In this document: positions 17,412-26,510 of the stretch, one piece after another
How the letters are laid out: the number at the start of each line of letters is the position of its first letter
Position numbering within the stretch: position 1 is the stretch's first letter
Assembly: GCA_018660465.1 (NCBI GenBank)
Contig: JABJKH010000065.1
Location: forward strand, 3,728-67,727
Length of the DNA: 64,000 nucleotides
From: Rhodospirillaceae bacterium
GTDB taxonomy: Bacteria > Pseudomonadota > Alphaproteobacteria > Rhodospirillales > JABJKH01
Direction: 5' to 3'
Notes under the pieces: generated by a model
The model's input: the letters and a program-made list of their open reading frames with translations, nothing else
Told to the model about the DNA's origin: nothing
The model's database searches: none
Program-made: the position numbers and the translations under genes

Positions 17412-18421
17412 TGGGGGCTCTTGAAACACCGATGTTTTCCGACCGAATTCTTGCCACCTTAAAAGCACCCGGAGGAGCGGACGACACGACCATGGAATTG
17501 GTCGACGGCGGTCTCAGGTGTACTGAAACAGGTGAGGCGTCTCCCTACATTGATGGCATCCCGTCGCTTTATGTTCCCAATGAAGGCGAAGGCAAGGACG
17601 TCACGGCGCGGGTAAAATCGTTTTATGAAGAGAACCCGTTTCCCAGCTACGAAGGGTTGGAAGAATTCGGCGAACTCGTGAACAAGGGAAGTCACAATCC
17701 CTTCTCAGCACAGTTGCTGAAAGCCATCGGCTACAACAAGACAGTGCTGGAATGCGGCTGCGGCACAGGTCAACTCAGCCATTTTTTACAGCTCAATAAC
17801 AATCATGTCCTCGGTATTGATATGTCGTTGGGGAGCCTGCGCCTAGCAGTGGAACACAAACTTCGAAATAGCCTCGAACGATCAGCCTTCGCGCAAATGA
17901 ATATCTTCGACATGGCGATTAAGGATAACTCATTCGACGTGGTGATTTCCCACGGTGTGCTTCACCATACCTTTGATGCCAAACGTGCGTTCGCGCAAAT
18001 TTGCCGCAAGGTTAAACCCGGGGGCATTATCATGGTCGGCCTCTACAACAGCTACGCTCGTATTCCGACATGGCTTAGATCCAAGGTCATTGGGGTCTTA
18101 GGCACAAACATTGATTACGTGGTCAGAAACCGTATCGAAGACGAACGCAAGGCTGATATCTGGGTGAAGGATCAATACTATAACCCTCATGAAACCTGGC
18201 ACTCGGTCGGGGAAGTCCTTGGTTGGTTCAAGGAAAATGGAATCGATTACCTGAATGCATCACCGGCCATCATGGGTACTGATGGAGAGGACACTGCTAA
18301 TTTATTTGATGAGACAAGCCCGGGAAACGGCTATCAACGCGCCGTCACTCAGGTTTCCTGGCTTGGCACCATCGCCCGAGAAGGGGCCTTGTTTGATGTC
18401 ATTGGTCGCAAAGCTCAATAG
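17411..18421 (+). CDS. Class I SAM-dependent methyltransferase with N-terminal Trm112-like ribbon
   Basis: The likely start is the ATG at 17411, overlapping the carbamoyltransferase stop (TGATG); the track start at 17342 lies inside the upstream gene. N-terminal ILATLKAPGG...LRCTETGEASPYIDGIPSLYV. Motif I VLECGCGTGQLSHFL, then ISHGVLHHTFD and VKPGG. Confidence 0.8.
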   Translation: MGALETPMFSDRILATLKAPGGADDTTMELVDGGLRCTETGEASPYIDGIPSLYVPNEGEGKDVTARVKSFYEENPFPSYEGLEEFGELVNKGSHNPFSAQLLKAIGYNKTVLECGCGTGQLSHFLQLNNNHVLGIDMSLGSLRLAVEHKLRNSLERSAFAQMNIFDMAIKDNSFDVVISHGVLHHTFDAKRAFAQICRKVKPGGIIMVGLYNSYARIPTWLRSKVIGVLGTNIDYVVRNRIEDERKADIWVKDQYYNPHETWHSVGEVLGWFKENGIDYLNASPAIMGTDGEDTANLFDETSPGNGYQRAVTQVSWLGTIAREGALFDVIGRKAQ

Positions 18422-19501
18422 ATGGACGAGGGCGCAGCAAAATTAACCTGGAAGGGGCGGCTGATTGCATCTTTCGTAGGACTGCTGCTTTTAGTTTTAA
18501 TTTCTGAAGGCGTACTCCGGGTCGGCATGCCGCACTGGAGAGATTTTTATAGCGGATGGTTTATGCGCACAATTTCTGTGCCGAACCACGGCATTGTAAC
18601 AACTGGCCTGCCAGGGTTTGATGGCTATTTTGCCCAGAACAATGGTGATTTTCGAGTAAAAATAAATATCAATTCCTTTGGACTTCGTAATCCAGAACCA
18701 GTCTCAAATGCAAAGGGTCGTACCTGGATCATTGGCGATTCAATGGCCTTTGGTTGGGGTGTCGAACAACAGGAAGTGTATTCCAGCGTAATTGGAAAAA
18801 TTCATGGCCCAACTTATAATGTCGCCAGCCCAGGCACCGACGTTTGTGGTTATCAAGCGCTAACGGCCCGAATGCCGAAGAACGACATACCCCGAGCGGT
18901 TATAGTTGGCCTAATTCTGGAAAACGATATCTTAAACAAAAATTGCCAGGCTCAGGCCAAAGCCCAAATGGATTTAAAGGCGTTTTTAAGTAAAGAAGAA
19001 AAAAAGACATTAACTTGGCCGACTTTAAAACGACAACTAACCGAATTTTCTGCACTTTATAATTTTATGGCGGTTGGCATTAAACGCATTGGTTTAGTGA
19101 GAGAAATTTTAACGTCGCTCGGAATTATTCGCACCCTTGAATTAGAAAAAGGGCAGTTCACTGCCCCAGAAATAAATGCCAGCGTGAAAAGTACGGTGAG
19201 CGAGCTTATAAACCTTAAGGCCATGTTTCCAAAAAGAACACCCTTTGCCGTACTAGTAGCCCCTACCCGCTTTGAGCTTAAAGAATCAACCGATTATTAT
19301 ACAAGCTTGCGTCTGGCTGTGCTCCGAGAATTAAAGGCAAATAATATTTCTGTAATTGACCCATATCCGCAATTTCAAAAAGCCGGGTATTCTAAAATAC
19401 ATTTCGCCCACGACGGCCATTGGACGGTGCTTGGGCACAAGCTTGCCGCAGAGGAAGCGGCGAAATGGCTGAAACAAAATTTACCAGCTAGCGCGAGATA
19501 A
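18422..19501 (+). CDS. SGNH/GDSL-family hydrolase/acyl-esterase-like protein with N-terminal membrane anchor
   Basis: N-terminal TM (LIASFVGLLLLVLISEGVL). Block I WIIGDSMAFGWGV, block III LILENDI, block V HFAHDGHWTVLGH (DxxH). Confidence 0.7.
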   Translation: MDEGAAKLTWKGRLIASFVGLLLLVLISEGVLRVGMPHWRDFYSGWFMRTISVPNHGIVTTGLPGFDGYFAQNNGDFRVKININSFGLRNPEPVSNAKGRTWIIGDSMAFGWGVEQQEVYSSVIGKIHGPTYNVASPGTDVCGYQALTARMPKNDIPRAVIVGLILENDILNKNCQAQAKAQMDLKAFLSKEEKKTLTWPTLKRQLTEFSALYNFMAVGIKRIGLVREILTSLGIIRTLELEKGQFTAPEINASVKSTVSELINLKAMFPKRTPFAVLVAPTRFELKESTDYYTSLRLAVLRELKANNISVIDPYPQFQKAGYSKIHFAHDGHWTVLGHKLAAEEAAKWLKQNLPASAR

Positions 19502-19506
19502 GAAAT

Positions 19507-20271
19507 ATGAAAATAATTGGCGTTGTCCCCGCCCGCATGGCGGCCAGCCGGTTTCCTGGCAAACCCTTGCACCCCATTTTAGGCCGCCCAATGCTGGAGC
19601 ACTGTTTTGAACGGGCAAAATTTTATCCTAAGTGGGACGGGTTATTTATAGCGACCTGTGACACAGAGATTGAAGATTTTGCAACTTCAAAAAATTATCC
19701 GGTGATCATGACTGCTGATACCCATACGCGCGCGCTTGACCGGGTTGCGGAAGCTGCTGAGAAATGTGATGTCGATTTGGCTGAAGACGACATTGTCGTA
19801 TGTGTCCAAGGCGACGAACCCTTGCTAGGTGATGATGTAATCGACGCGGTGGTGACACCGTTCGAGAGCGATTCGACGGTTCGGGGAACCATGCTAGCGG
19901 TTCCCATCCATGATGAAGAAACCTTCCTAAACCCCGATATCGTCAAGTTAGTTGCGGACTTGAATGGTGATATTCTCTACACGTCGCGGAGCCCCATTCC
20001 CTACGGCAAGAAATTTTCGCCCGATCTTGGTGCACTTCGAGTCGGCGGTATTTTTGGCTTTCGGTGGGATTTCTTAAAATGGTTCACGGCAACTCCTGAA
20101 TCGCCTCTTGAGATCAAAGAAGCTTGCGATTCAAACCGCATCTGTGACAATGGCTTTCGTCAGCGTATGGCCCCCATTCCCTATCGAGCCTATGTGTCTG
20201 TCGACAGCCCCGAGGATATTGGTCGTGTTGAAGCTGTAATGAAGTCTGATTCTCTTTGGGATAAGTATTAA
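19507..20271 (+). CDS. KdsB/NeuA-family cytidylyltransferase (CMP-ulosonic/acidic sugar synthetase-like)
   Basis: N-terminal MKIIGVVPARMAASRFPGKPLHPILGRPML and VQGDEPL, hallmarks of CTP_transf_3 enzymes. Confidence 0.8.
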   Translation: MKIIGVVPARMAASRFPGKPLHPILGRPMLEHCFERAKFYPKWDGLFIATCDTEIEDFATSKNYPVIMTADTHTRALDRVAEAAEKCDVDLAEDDIVVCVQGDEPLLGDDVIDAVVTPFESDSTVRGTMLAVPIHDEETFLNPDIVKLVADLNGDILYTSRSPIPYGKKFSPDLGALRVGGIFGFRWDFLKWFTATPESPLEIKEACDSNRICDNGFRQRMAPIPYRAYVSVDSPEDIGRVEAVMKSDSLWDKY

Positions 20272-20955
20272 ATGAATTCTTTTAAGGCCATTATCTTTGA
20301 CCTGGATGGCACCCTAATTGACAGCGTCCCCGACGTGCGGGCCGCTGTAAATAGAGTGCTCGACGAAATAGGTCGTCCATCGCTATCTCTCGAAGACATT
20401 ACCGGCATGATCGGCGAAGGAGCCCAGGTCATGTTGAAAAAAGTTATGGAACAAACTGGTGGATATACGCCAGACATGGAAGAAGAATATCTGGGGCGGT
20501 TCTTGGAAACGTACAAGGCGCACCCGGCGGATCACACGTTGGTTTATCCTGGCGTGTTCAACGTATTGGATCAGCTAAAAGCAGACGGAATTTCCCTAGG
20601 ACTGTGCACAAATAAACCCAGCACAACCACTCTGCCAGCAGTAGCGGCGTTAGACCTGGAAAAATATTTCGAAGCTATCGTCTGTGCCGATATGGTAAAG
20701 CATCGAAAACCAGATGGCCGCCATCTTCTAAACATTTTAGAGCGTATGGGAGCCGACCCCAAAAGTGCCGTTATGGTTGGCGACAGTGAAACGGATATCG
20801 CTGCCGCAGTCGATGCGGGCCTACCTGCCATCGCCGTTTCCTATGGATACTGCCATGTTCCGTTGGATGAGCTACCCTGCGATATTTTAATCGATAATAT
20901 GAGCGAATTGCCCCGAGCACTGGCTGAGATTAGCAAAGGCCAAAGCACCTCGTGA
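20272..20955 (+). CDS. HAD-superfamily phosphatase (phosphoglycolate-phosphatase/Gph-like)
   Basis: Motif I IIFDLDGTLIDS, motif II LCTNKP, motif III/IV K...VGDSETDIAAA. Confidence 0.85.
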   Translation: MNSFKAIIFDLDGTLIDSVPDVRAAVNRVLDEIGRPSLSLEDITGMIGEGAQVMLKKVMEQTGGYTPDMEEEYLGRFLETYKAHPADHTLVYPGVFNVLDQLKADGISLGLCTNKPSTTTLPAVAALDLEKYFEAIVCADMVKHRKPDGRHLLNILERMGADPKSAVMVGDSETDIAAAVDAGLPAIAVSYGYCHVPLDELPCDILIDNMSELPRALAEISKGQSTS

Positions 20956-21902
20956 CTAAGGTCGCCGTCACATCGCGTTCATTTTCCCGCCACCCTGTTC
21001 TGCGGGCAGCGCTATTGGAACGCTACGATAACGTCACCTTCAACGACGACGGAAAAAAAATAACGGGTGCCGATTTACTCGCGTACTTAGATGGACACGA
21101 CAAGGCAATTACGGCGCTCGAAATTATCGACCATGCTTTGTTGCAGGCATTGCCCGGCCTGAAGGTGATCTCCAAGTATGGCGTTGGCTATGACATGGTT
21201 GATTTGGACGCCATGGTCGATCATAGCGTCAGGCTGGGTTGGACCGGGGGGGTTAACAAGCGGTCGGTCTCAGAGTTGGTTATCTCGATGGCGGTTGCGT
21301 TGCTGCGGCATGTGCCCATCGCAAACGGGGAAATGCGCACGGGGACTTTTCGCCAGCATGTCGGTCGTCAGCTGTCTGATTGCACGATCGGCATCGTTGG
21401 GTGTGGGCATGTCGGCAAGGACCTCGCGAAACTTCTACGCGCTTTTGGTTGCCGGGTCTTGGCCAACGATATTTTAGATTTTCCTGAATTCTACAGCGAA
21501 ACCGGCGTTATGCCTGCCAGTCTTGAAACGGTCCTAAAAGACTCAGAAGTTGTGACCCTGCACCTGCAATTAGATGACACCACGAAAAATATACTGGACG
21601 AAAGACACCTCGGCTTAATGAAACAAGGTGCTGTCCTCATTAATGCAGCGCGGGGCGGATTAGTGGATGAGGCGGCTCTAAAGTCAGTACTCAAATCCGG
21701 TGCGTTGGCCGGTGCTGGGTTTGATGTGTTTCGCACAGAGCCGCCAGATGATTTGGAATTGCTGAATTTGCCCAACTTTCTGGCGACACCGCATATTGGC
21801 GGCAGCGCGGAAGAGGCAATCTTAAACATGGGACGGGCAGCGATTGCCGGTCTCGATGATAATCAAATACCAGAGCGCGGCGTGTTCCCCGAAGGTTGGT
21901 AA
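20952..21902 (+). CDS. D-isomer-specific 2-hydroxyacid dehydrogenase (phosphoglycerate-dehydrogenase-like)
   Basis: GTG start overlapping the HAD stop. NAD site IGIVGCGHVGKDLAKLLRAFGCRV, then NAARGGLVDEAAL and the catalytic region TPHIGGSAEE. Confidence 0.85.
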   Translation: MTKVAVTSRSFSRHPVLRAALLERYDNVTFNDDGKKITGADLLAYLDGHDKAITALEIIDHALLQALPGLKVISKYGVGYDMVDLDAMVDHSVRLGWTGGVNKRSVSELVISMAVALLRHVPIANGEMRTGTFRQHVGRQLSDCTIGIVGCGHVGKDLAKLLRAFGCRVLANDILDFPEFYSETGVMPASLETVLKDSEVVTLHLQLDDTTKNILDERHLGLMKQGAVLINAARGGLVDEAALKSVLKSGALAGAGFDVFRTEPPDDLELLNLPNFLATPHIGGSAEEAILNMGRAAIAGLDDNQIPERGVFPEGW

Positions 21903-21905
21903 ACT

Positions 21906-22820
21906 CTAATCTGGTTTGCGGGCGGAGATGTACCAAGCAAACCCCATAACACGACCCAGAAATTGCTCCAGCTTTGACTGCATCGGCCACGGCTGGCCAT
22001 AGACTAAAACACCGCCAGGATGGGTGCCATAACGCCGAATTTGATAGCGCCGATAGATGCGGCCTAGCTTTGGGATCAGATAAAAATAGAATTCGCCTTT
22101 GCGAAATTTTATATCTTTAAATCGTTGAAAAATATTCTTTATTTGGGATCCCGTATAACATCGTGTAATAGGGTTTTCCACGGTCTGGGCGTTCTTTCCG
22201 CCCCATTCCGTGGCCTTTCCAAGCCAATTGGGGTCCCCAAAAGCCTTTCCTTTGAGCACGCCGACACACAGGAACATATTAACCCAATAATGCCACGAGC
22301 TTTTGCAATACAGCAGGATGACGGCCTGCCCGCCGGGCTTGAGAACCCGAAAAACTTCGGCAATGGACGCTTCCGTATCCAAGGTGTGGTGCAAGACGCC
22401 ATTGGAATAAACGATGTCAAACGAGCCATCCGAAAACGGCAACTTTTCCGCATCGCCTTGAAGGGCGGCGCATTCGTTGGCGACATCTCCCATCAACTCA
22501 AATTTGGCCGCTGTCGCGCGCGCACGTTGAAACGTCAAATCAATGCTGGTCATCTTTGCACCGTGCTTGGCAAACAGCGCCGAATGGCCCCCCGCCCCGG
22601 GTCCGATTTCAAGAACCCGCTTTCCGGCCAACTTAGCCAATGGCATTTCCACCGCCGCCAAGTGCCCGCGCAGACGAAACATATCTTCCAGATCTTCCAG
22701 ACTTTCAAACAAGCGGTCGCGGGTCAGGTCGCGGTCCACGTCCTCATAAAGCGAGTCATAGAGAGAGCCCCAAAAGTCCTGGATATTTTCTTTGGTTGCG
22801 GGATCGGGCATGCAGGTCAT
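21906..22820 (-). CDS. Class I SAM-dependent methyltransferase
   Basis: Motif I VLEIGPGAGGHSALFAKHGA, then YSNGVLHHTLD and LKPGG. Same subfamily signature (GVLHHT-D) as the 17411-18421 product. Confidence 0.8.
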   Translation of the reverse strand: MTCMPDPATKENIQDFWGSLYDSLYEDVDRDLTRDRLFESLEDLEDMFRLRGHLAAVEMPLAKLAGKRVLEIGPGAGGHSALFAKHGAKMTSIDLTFQRARATAAKFELMGDVANECAALQGDAEKLPFSDGSFDIVYSNGVLHHTLDTEASIAEVFRVLKPGGQAVILLYCKSSWHYWVNMFLCVGVLKGKAFGDPNWLGKATEWGGKNAQTVENPITRCYTGSQIKNIFQRFKDIKFRKGEFYFYLIPKLGRIYRRYQIRRYGTHPGGVLVYGQPWPMQSKLEQFLGRVMGFAWYISARKPD

Positions 22821-22906
22821 CTGTGGTTTCGGAGTATGGAGCCTTGTATAACCGCCTGGAGCGACGGGGCCAATGGGTTTTACCCAGCCCCCGAATATTC
22901 AACCCA

Positions 22907-24613
22907 ATGCTAAACGCGCTTAGCCGCAAAGCTCGGCAAGTCATTAAAGACCCTGTTCTTAGGCAATGGCTTATTGGTAGGGCTCTGGGAAGGTATCAGG
23001 GCGAGCCCGTATTTACGCCTCATCGGCCGCCGTATTTGGAAGGCCTGCTACCCCTAAAGCAGCAATTGCCCAATCCGCCCACTTCTTTTTCAGAACTTGG
23101 AATAGATAAGCCGCGATCGGCGATTACTCTGCCATTGCCGGGACTAGATGTGACCCTGAACCCGGGGGACGAGGACCGTCTTTTCGAGCAGAGCTTTCAG
23201 GATACCGAAACCTTGCTCGCGGTCCATCGGTTTGCTTGGATTCCCCTGCTGGGGAGAGACCTTGATCCGGCTTGGGTAAACTCTCTCTGGCAGGCTTGGC
23301 AGACCACGTATCGCCAACCGAATGATGCCTGGCCCTGGCATCCGTATACTGCGGCTGAGCGAGCGATTAATATTTTAGACTTTGCCGGTCGGCATGGTTT
23401 GCCGGGCTCTGCGAACGACACTTTAAAATTACTCGCGGCCCATGGCCCCGCGATTGCGGAACAACTCGAATACTTTGGCGACCATCATACGTCCAACCAC
23501 ATGGCCAATAATGGGCGGGGGTTGTTTAAATTAGGGTTGGCGCTTGGTATCGATAGCTACGCGGACATGGGGGCCAAAATCCTCCTGAATGAAGCCGAAC
23601 GAATTTTTCTTCCATCAGGAATTTTGCGCGAAGGATCAAGCCACTACCACCTGTTGTTAACGCGCAACTACGCCGACGCCTGGCTTGTGGCGGAGCGCTT
23701 TAACCGAGCCGAGGCCCTCGCATTGAAAACCATCACCAAAAAAGCAATGTCGGTAATTCCAAATCTCTTTTTGTCTGGCGGCATGCCGTTGGTAGGCGAT
23801 ATTTCGCCAGACTGTCCACCCGGCTTTTTATCGTGTCTCTTCAACGATAACGACGGTTGGTTTGACTTATTAGACGAAGATGATGCGGCTCTTATAAAAT
23901 CTCTTCGAGGCTCGGCTGAAGAGGGAACGGTACGCGAAGACGGCTGGCTGAAGGCTGAGTTTGGTCCTTGGTCGGGCCTCTGGCATGCGAGTCCAGAAGG
24001 TTGGTCCCACATGCCCGGTCATGGCCATCAGGACTGTGGAAGTTTCGAGCTTCATTTTGGTGAAGAGCCGATTTTTGTAGATCCAGGGCGGGGGGCCTAC
24101 GGATTAACTGGTGAAGCGCAATATTTCCAATCGGAGGCGGCTCACAACGGAATCGTCATTGATGGCTGTGAACCCTTTCCGGCCAATAAACCGTACTATT
24201 GTGGGTTATTTCGGGGAAAATACGCCAAAAATGCACCAAAATTGGAAAAAGCAGAAAATAATGTCGCACTAACCTATGGAGGATATAGCCGCCTTCGGTC
24301 TGTCGATAGCGTGACGCGACAGTGGGCGTTTTCGGAGAGTGCCGTGGAGATCGAGGATCAGATTTCCGGATCAAATTCCCATGACATTGTGCAGCGGCTC
24401 TATACACCGCTTGCCATCTCTCTAAACGATGATTCTGTTACCTTAACTGGCAAAGAGAGCGCATTTCGGCTGACGTCTCAAACGGGTTCTATCAAAGCAA
24501 TGCCGACAAAAATTTGGAAGGCGTATGGTCAATCTTTGCCTGGCACAGTTATTCAAATCACTAGCCGCAGCAACCTCCCTTGGACAAGCGCCCTTAAATT
24601 GGAAGTAGCTTAG
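22907..24613 (+). CDS. Heparinase II/III-like (alginate-lyase superfamily) protein
   Basis: C-terminal MPGHGHQDCGSFELHFGEEPIFVDPGRGAY...AHNG is the Hepar_II_III signature. The ATG at 22907 is preferred because the track start at 22640 overlaps the divergent methyltransferase by 181 nt. A GTG at 22823 is an alternative start. Confidence 0.75.
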   Translation: MLNALSRKARQVIKDPVLRQWLIGRALGRYQGEPVFTPHRPPYLEGLLPLKQQLPNPPTSFSELGIDKPRSAITLPLPGLDVTLNPGDEDRLFEQSFQDTETLLAVHRFAWIPLLGRDLDPAWVNSLWQAWQTTYRQPNDAWPWHPYTAAERAINILDFAGRHGLPGSANDTLKLLAAHGPAIAEQLEYFGDHHTSNHMANNGRGLFKLGLALGIDSYADMGAKILLNEAERIFLPSGILREGSSHYHLLLTRNYADAWLVAERFNRAEALALKTITKKAMSVIPNLFLSGGMPLVGDISPDCPPGFLSCLFNDNDGWFDLLDEDDAALIKSLRGSAEEGTVREDGWLKAEFGPWSGLWHASPEGWSHMPGHGHQDCGSFELHFGEEPIFVDPGRGAYGLTGEAQYFQSEAAHNGIVIDGCEPFPANKPYYCGLFRGKYAKNAPKLEKAENNVALTYGGYSRLRSVDSVTRQWAFSESAVEIEDQISGSNSHDIVQRLYTPLAISLNDDSVTLTGKESAFRLTSQTGSIKAMPTKIWKAYGQSLPGTVIQITSRSNLPWTSALKLEVA

Positions 24614-24617
24614 CGGT

Positions 24618-26510
24618 ATGTGTGGAATTTTCGGGCTCTTCCTGCCGACGTCGGCGTCCCACATGGATGCCGATCTGTCTTCCATGCTGTCAGTCCTAAA
24701 ACATCGGGGGCCGGATGGGGATGAAACTTATGTCAGCGAAGACCGGCGCTATCAGGCGGGCTTTCGTCGGCTCGCAATCATTGACCTAGAAACCGGCGAT
24801 CAACCTATTGTCGAGCAAAACAACGCTCGGGTGTTGATGGGAAACGGGGAGATTTATAACTACCTGGAGCTTCGAAAAGAAGAACCCGGCTACCCCTATC
24901 AAACATCCGGCGACATGGAGGTCATACTTCCCCTTGCAACCCGTCATGGCGATGATTTTATTCAAAAGCTCAATGGCATGTTCGGGCTAGCGCTCTACGA
25001 AAAAGACAGCCACCGCCTGCTTTTGGTTCGTGATCGCCTCGGCATAAAACCGATCTATTGGGCGAAGTTGCCAAATGGCGGTGTATTGTTCGCCTCTGAA
25101 ATCAAGGCTCTGTTTGCGTCGGGATTGCTGGCCCCTGCCATCGACGAAACGGCCATTTCGCCATATCTCGCCCATGGCTACGTCCCGGCACCACAGACTT
25201 TGTTTAAGGGCGTTCAAAAGCTCCCGCCCGGGCATCAACTCAGCGTCGATGCAAAAGGTGATATTTCAGTAAAGCGGTATTGGCGTGCTGAAGCAGCTAC
25301 GGACCTGCCTTCATCAGAAGAGGAAATTGCGGCGTATCTGGAATCTCTCCTCGACGACAGCGTCCGCCTACAACTTCGAAGCGATGTCCCCGTCGGTGCC
25401 CTGCTTTCCGGCGGCCTCGACTCGGGACTGATGGTCGCCCTGGCTGCGGGGCAATCATCGCAGCCTCTCAACACCTATACCGTAAGCTTTGAAGGGGCTG
25501 CGGTTGATGAGGGACCGTTGGCTGCTACCATCGCTGAAAGGTACGAGACCAATCATACGAACCTGTCACTCCCCGCAGGGGATATCTCCCGTCTTCTCCC
25601 CCTTCTCGCCTGGCACATAGAAGAGCCTCTAAACGATGCGGCCCTACTGCCCAATTTTCTGATTGAGAAGGAACTGGGGCAGCATTTAAAAGTTGCCCTG
25701 AATGGAACCGGTGGCGATGAGCTTTTTGCCGGATACGGTAGGTATTTTCAGCTTCCTGTCGAAAAGCGTTTTCTTTCTCTCCCTCGTGGAATTTGTGCAA
25801 TGGCAAAATTTGGTGCTGGGCTGGTTTCGCCCATGACCCGATGGCAATTGGGACGGGCCGAAAAGTTTTTTCAAAACCGCGGCCAATACATTCACGAGCA
25901 TTCGACCCATTTCCCAAAACCGGTGCGCGACCTGATTGGAAACCAAAGCGGAGATACCAACTCTGTACAGTCCCAAGCCTTCCAAGAGTTTTCGGGAGAT
26001 GCTCAGTCTGGAGGGCTGTACGCTGATCTTTGCACCTACTTACCGGACGATTTGCTCACCTTGCTCGACCGGACTTCTATGGCAGTCAGTGTGGAAGGGC
26101 GGGTGCCGTTCTTGGATCATCGGTTTGTAGAGGCATGTCTGGCCGTGCCAGCCCACATACGGACGCCGAATGACCGGCAAAAATCGCTAGAAAGAAATAT
26201 AGCGTCTAAATACCTTCCAGATGAGGTTTTAAGCGCACCAAAGCAAGGCTTCGCATCGCCAGTCCCAGCATGGATAAAGGCGGGTCTAGGCCCCCTGGCA
26301 AAACGCCTCCTCACAAATAAACGCGCACTGGAGCGCGGCTGGTGGACGGCGGACGGCATTGATCGGCTTTTGGCCAAACCCGATCTGCATGGTTTTAGAG
26401 TTTATTCTCTGCTTATGCTTGAACTTGCCGTCACAACGTTTATTGAATCGCCCATGAACAATTCCTATCCACCCACCGCCAGTCTGAATGACCTTGCCGA
26501 AGCCGCCTGA
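24618..26510 (+). CDS. Asparagine synthase (glutamine-hydrolysing)-family amidotransferase, copy 1
   Basis: N-terminal nucleophile MCGIFG, GATase-II core (NGEIYNY) and synthetase PP-loop LLSGGLDSG. Confidence 0.9.
   Translation: MCGIFGLFLPTSASHMDADLSSMLSVLKHRGPDGDETYVSEDRRYQAGFRRLAIIDLETGDQPIVEQNNARVLMGNGEIYNYLELRKEEPGYPYQTSGDMEVILPLATRHGDDFIQKLNGMFGLALYEKDSHRLLLVRDRLGIKPIYWAKLPNGGVLFASEIKALFASGLLAPAIDETAISPYLAHGYVPAPQTLFKGVQKLPPGHQLSVDAKGDISVKRYWRAEAATDLPSSEEEIAAYLESLLDDSVRLQLRSDVPVGALLSGGLDSGLMVALAAGQSSQPLNTYTVSFEGAAVDEGPLAATIAERYETNHTNLSLPAGDISRLLPLLAWHIEEPLNDAALLPNFLIEKELGQHLKVALNGTGGDELFAGYGRYFQLPVEKRFLSLPRGICAMAKFGAGLVSPMTRWQLGRAEKFFQNRGQYIHEHSTHFPKPVRDLIGNQSGDTNSVQSQAFQEFSGDAQSGGLYADLCTYLPDDLLTLLDRTSMAVSVEGRVPFLDHRFVEACLAVPAHIRTPNDRQKSLERNIASKYLPDEVLSAPKQGFASPVPAWIKAGLGPLAKRLLTNKRALERGWWTADGIDRLLAKPDLHGFRVYSLLMLELAVTTFIESPMNNSYPPTASLNDLAEAA

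Noticed and set aside
22640-22906. 5' extensions of track ORFs: 22640 (heparinase-like), 17342 (methyltransferase), 58671 (aminotransferase, TTG), 62728 (Trm112-like) and 34124 (small membrane protein).
   Set aside because: The extensions overlap the neighbouring gene's coding sequence, or in the aminotransferase case the amtB terminator stem. They encode non-conserved-looking sequence. Downstream in-frame starts give products that begin where the family normally begins.
22125-22913. A 262-aa plus-strand ORF antisense to the 21906-22820 methyltransferase. Similar long shadow ORFs occur at 11205-11741 (-), 14956-15399 (-), 26286-26762 (-), 37464-38045 (+), 40322-40729 (-) and 25525-25917 (-).
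   Set aside because: Each lies entirely within, or opposite, an ORF that carries clear family motifs. Their translations are Arg/Pro/Ser-rich or low-complexity with no recognisable motif. They look like typical frame-shadow ORFs.
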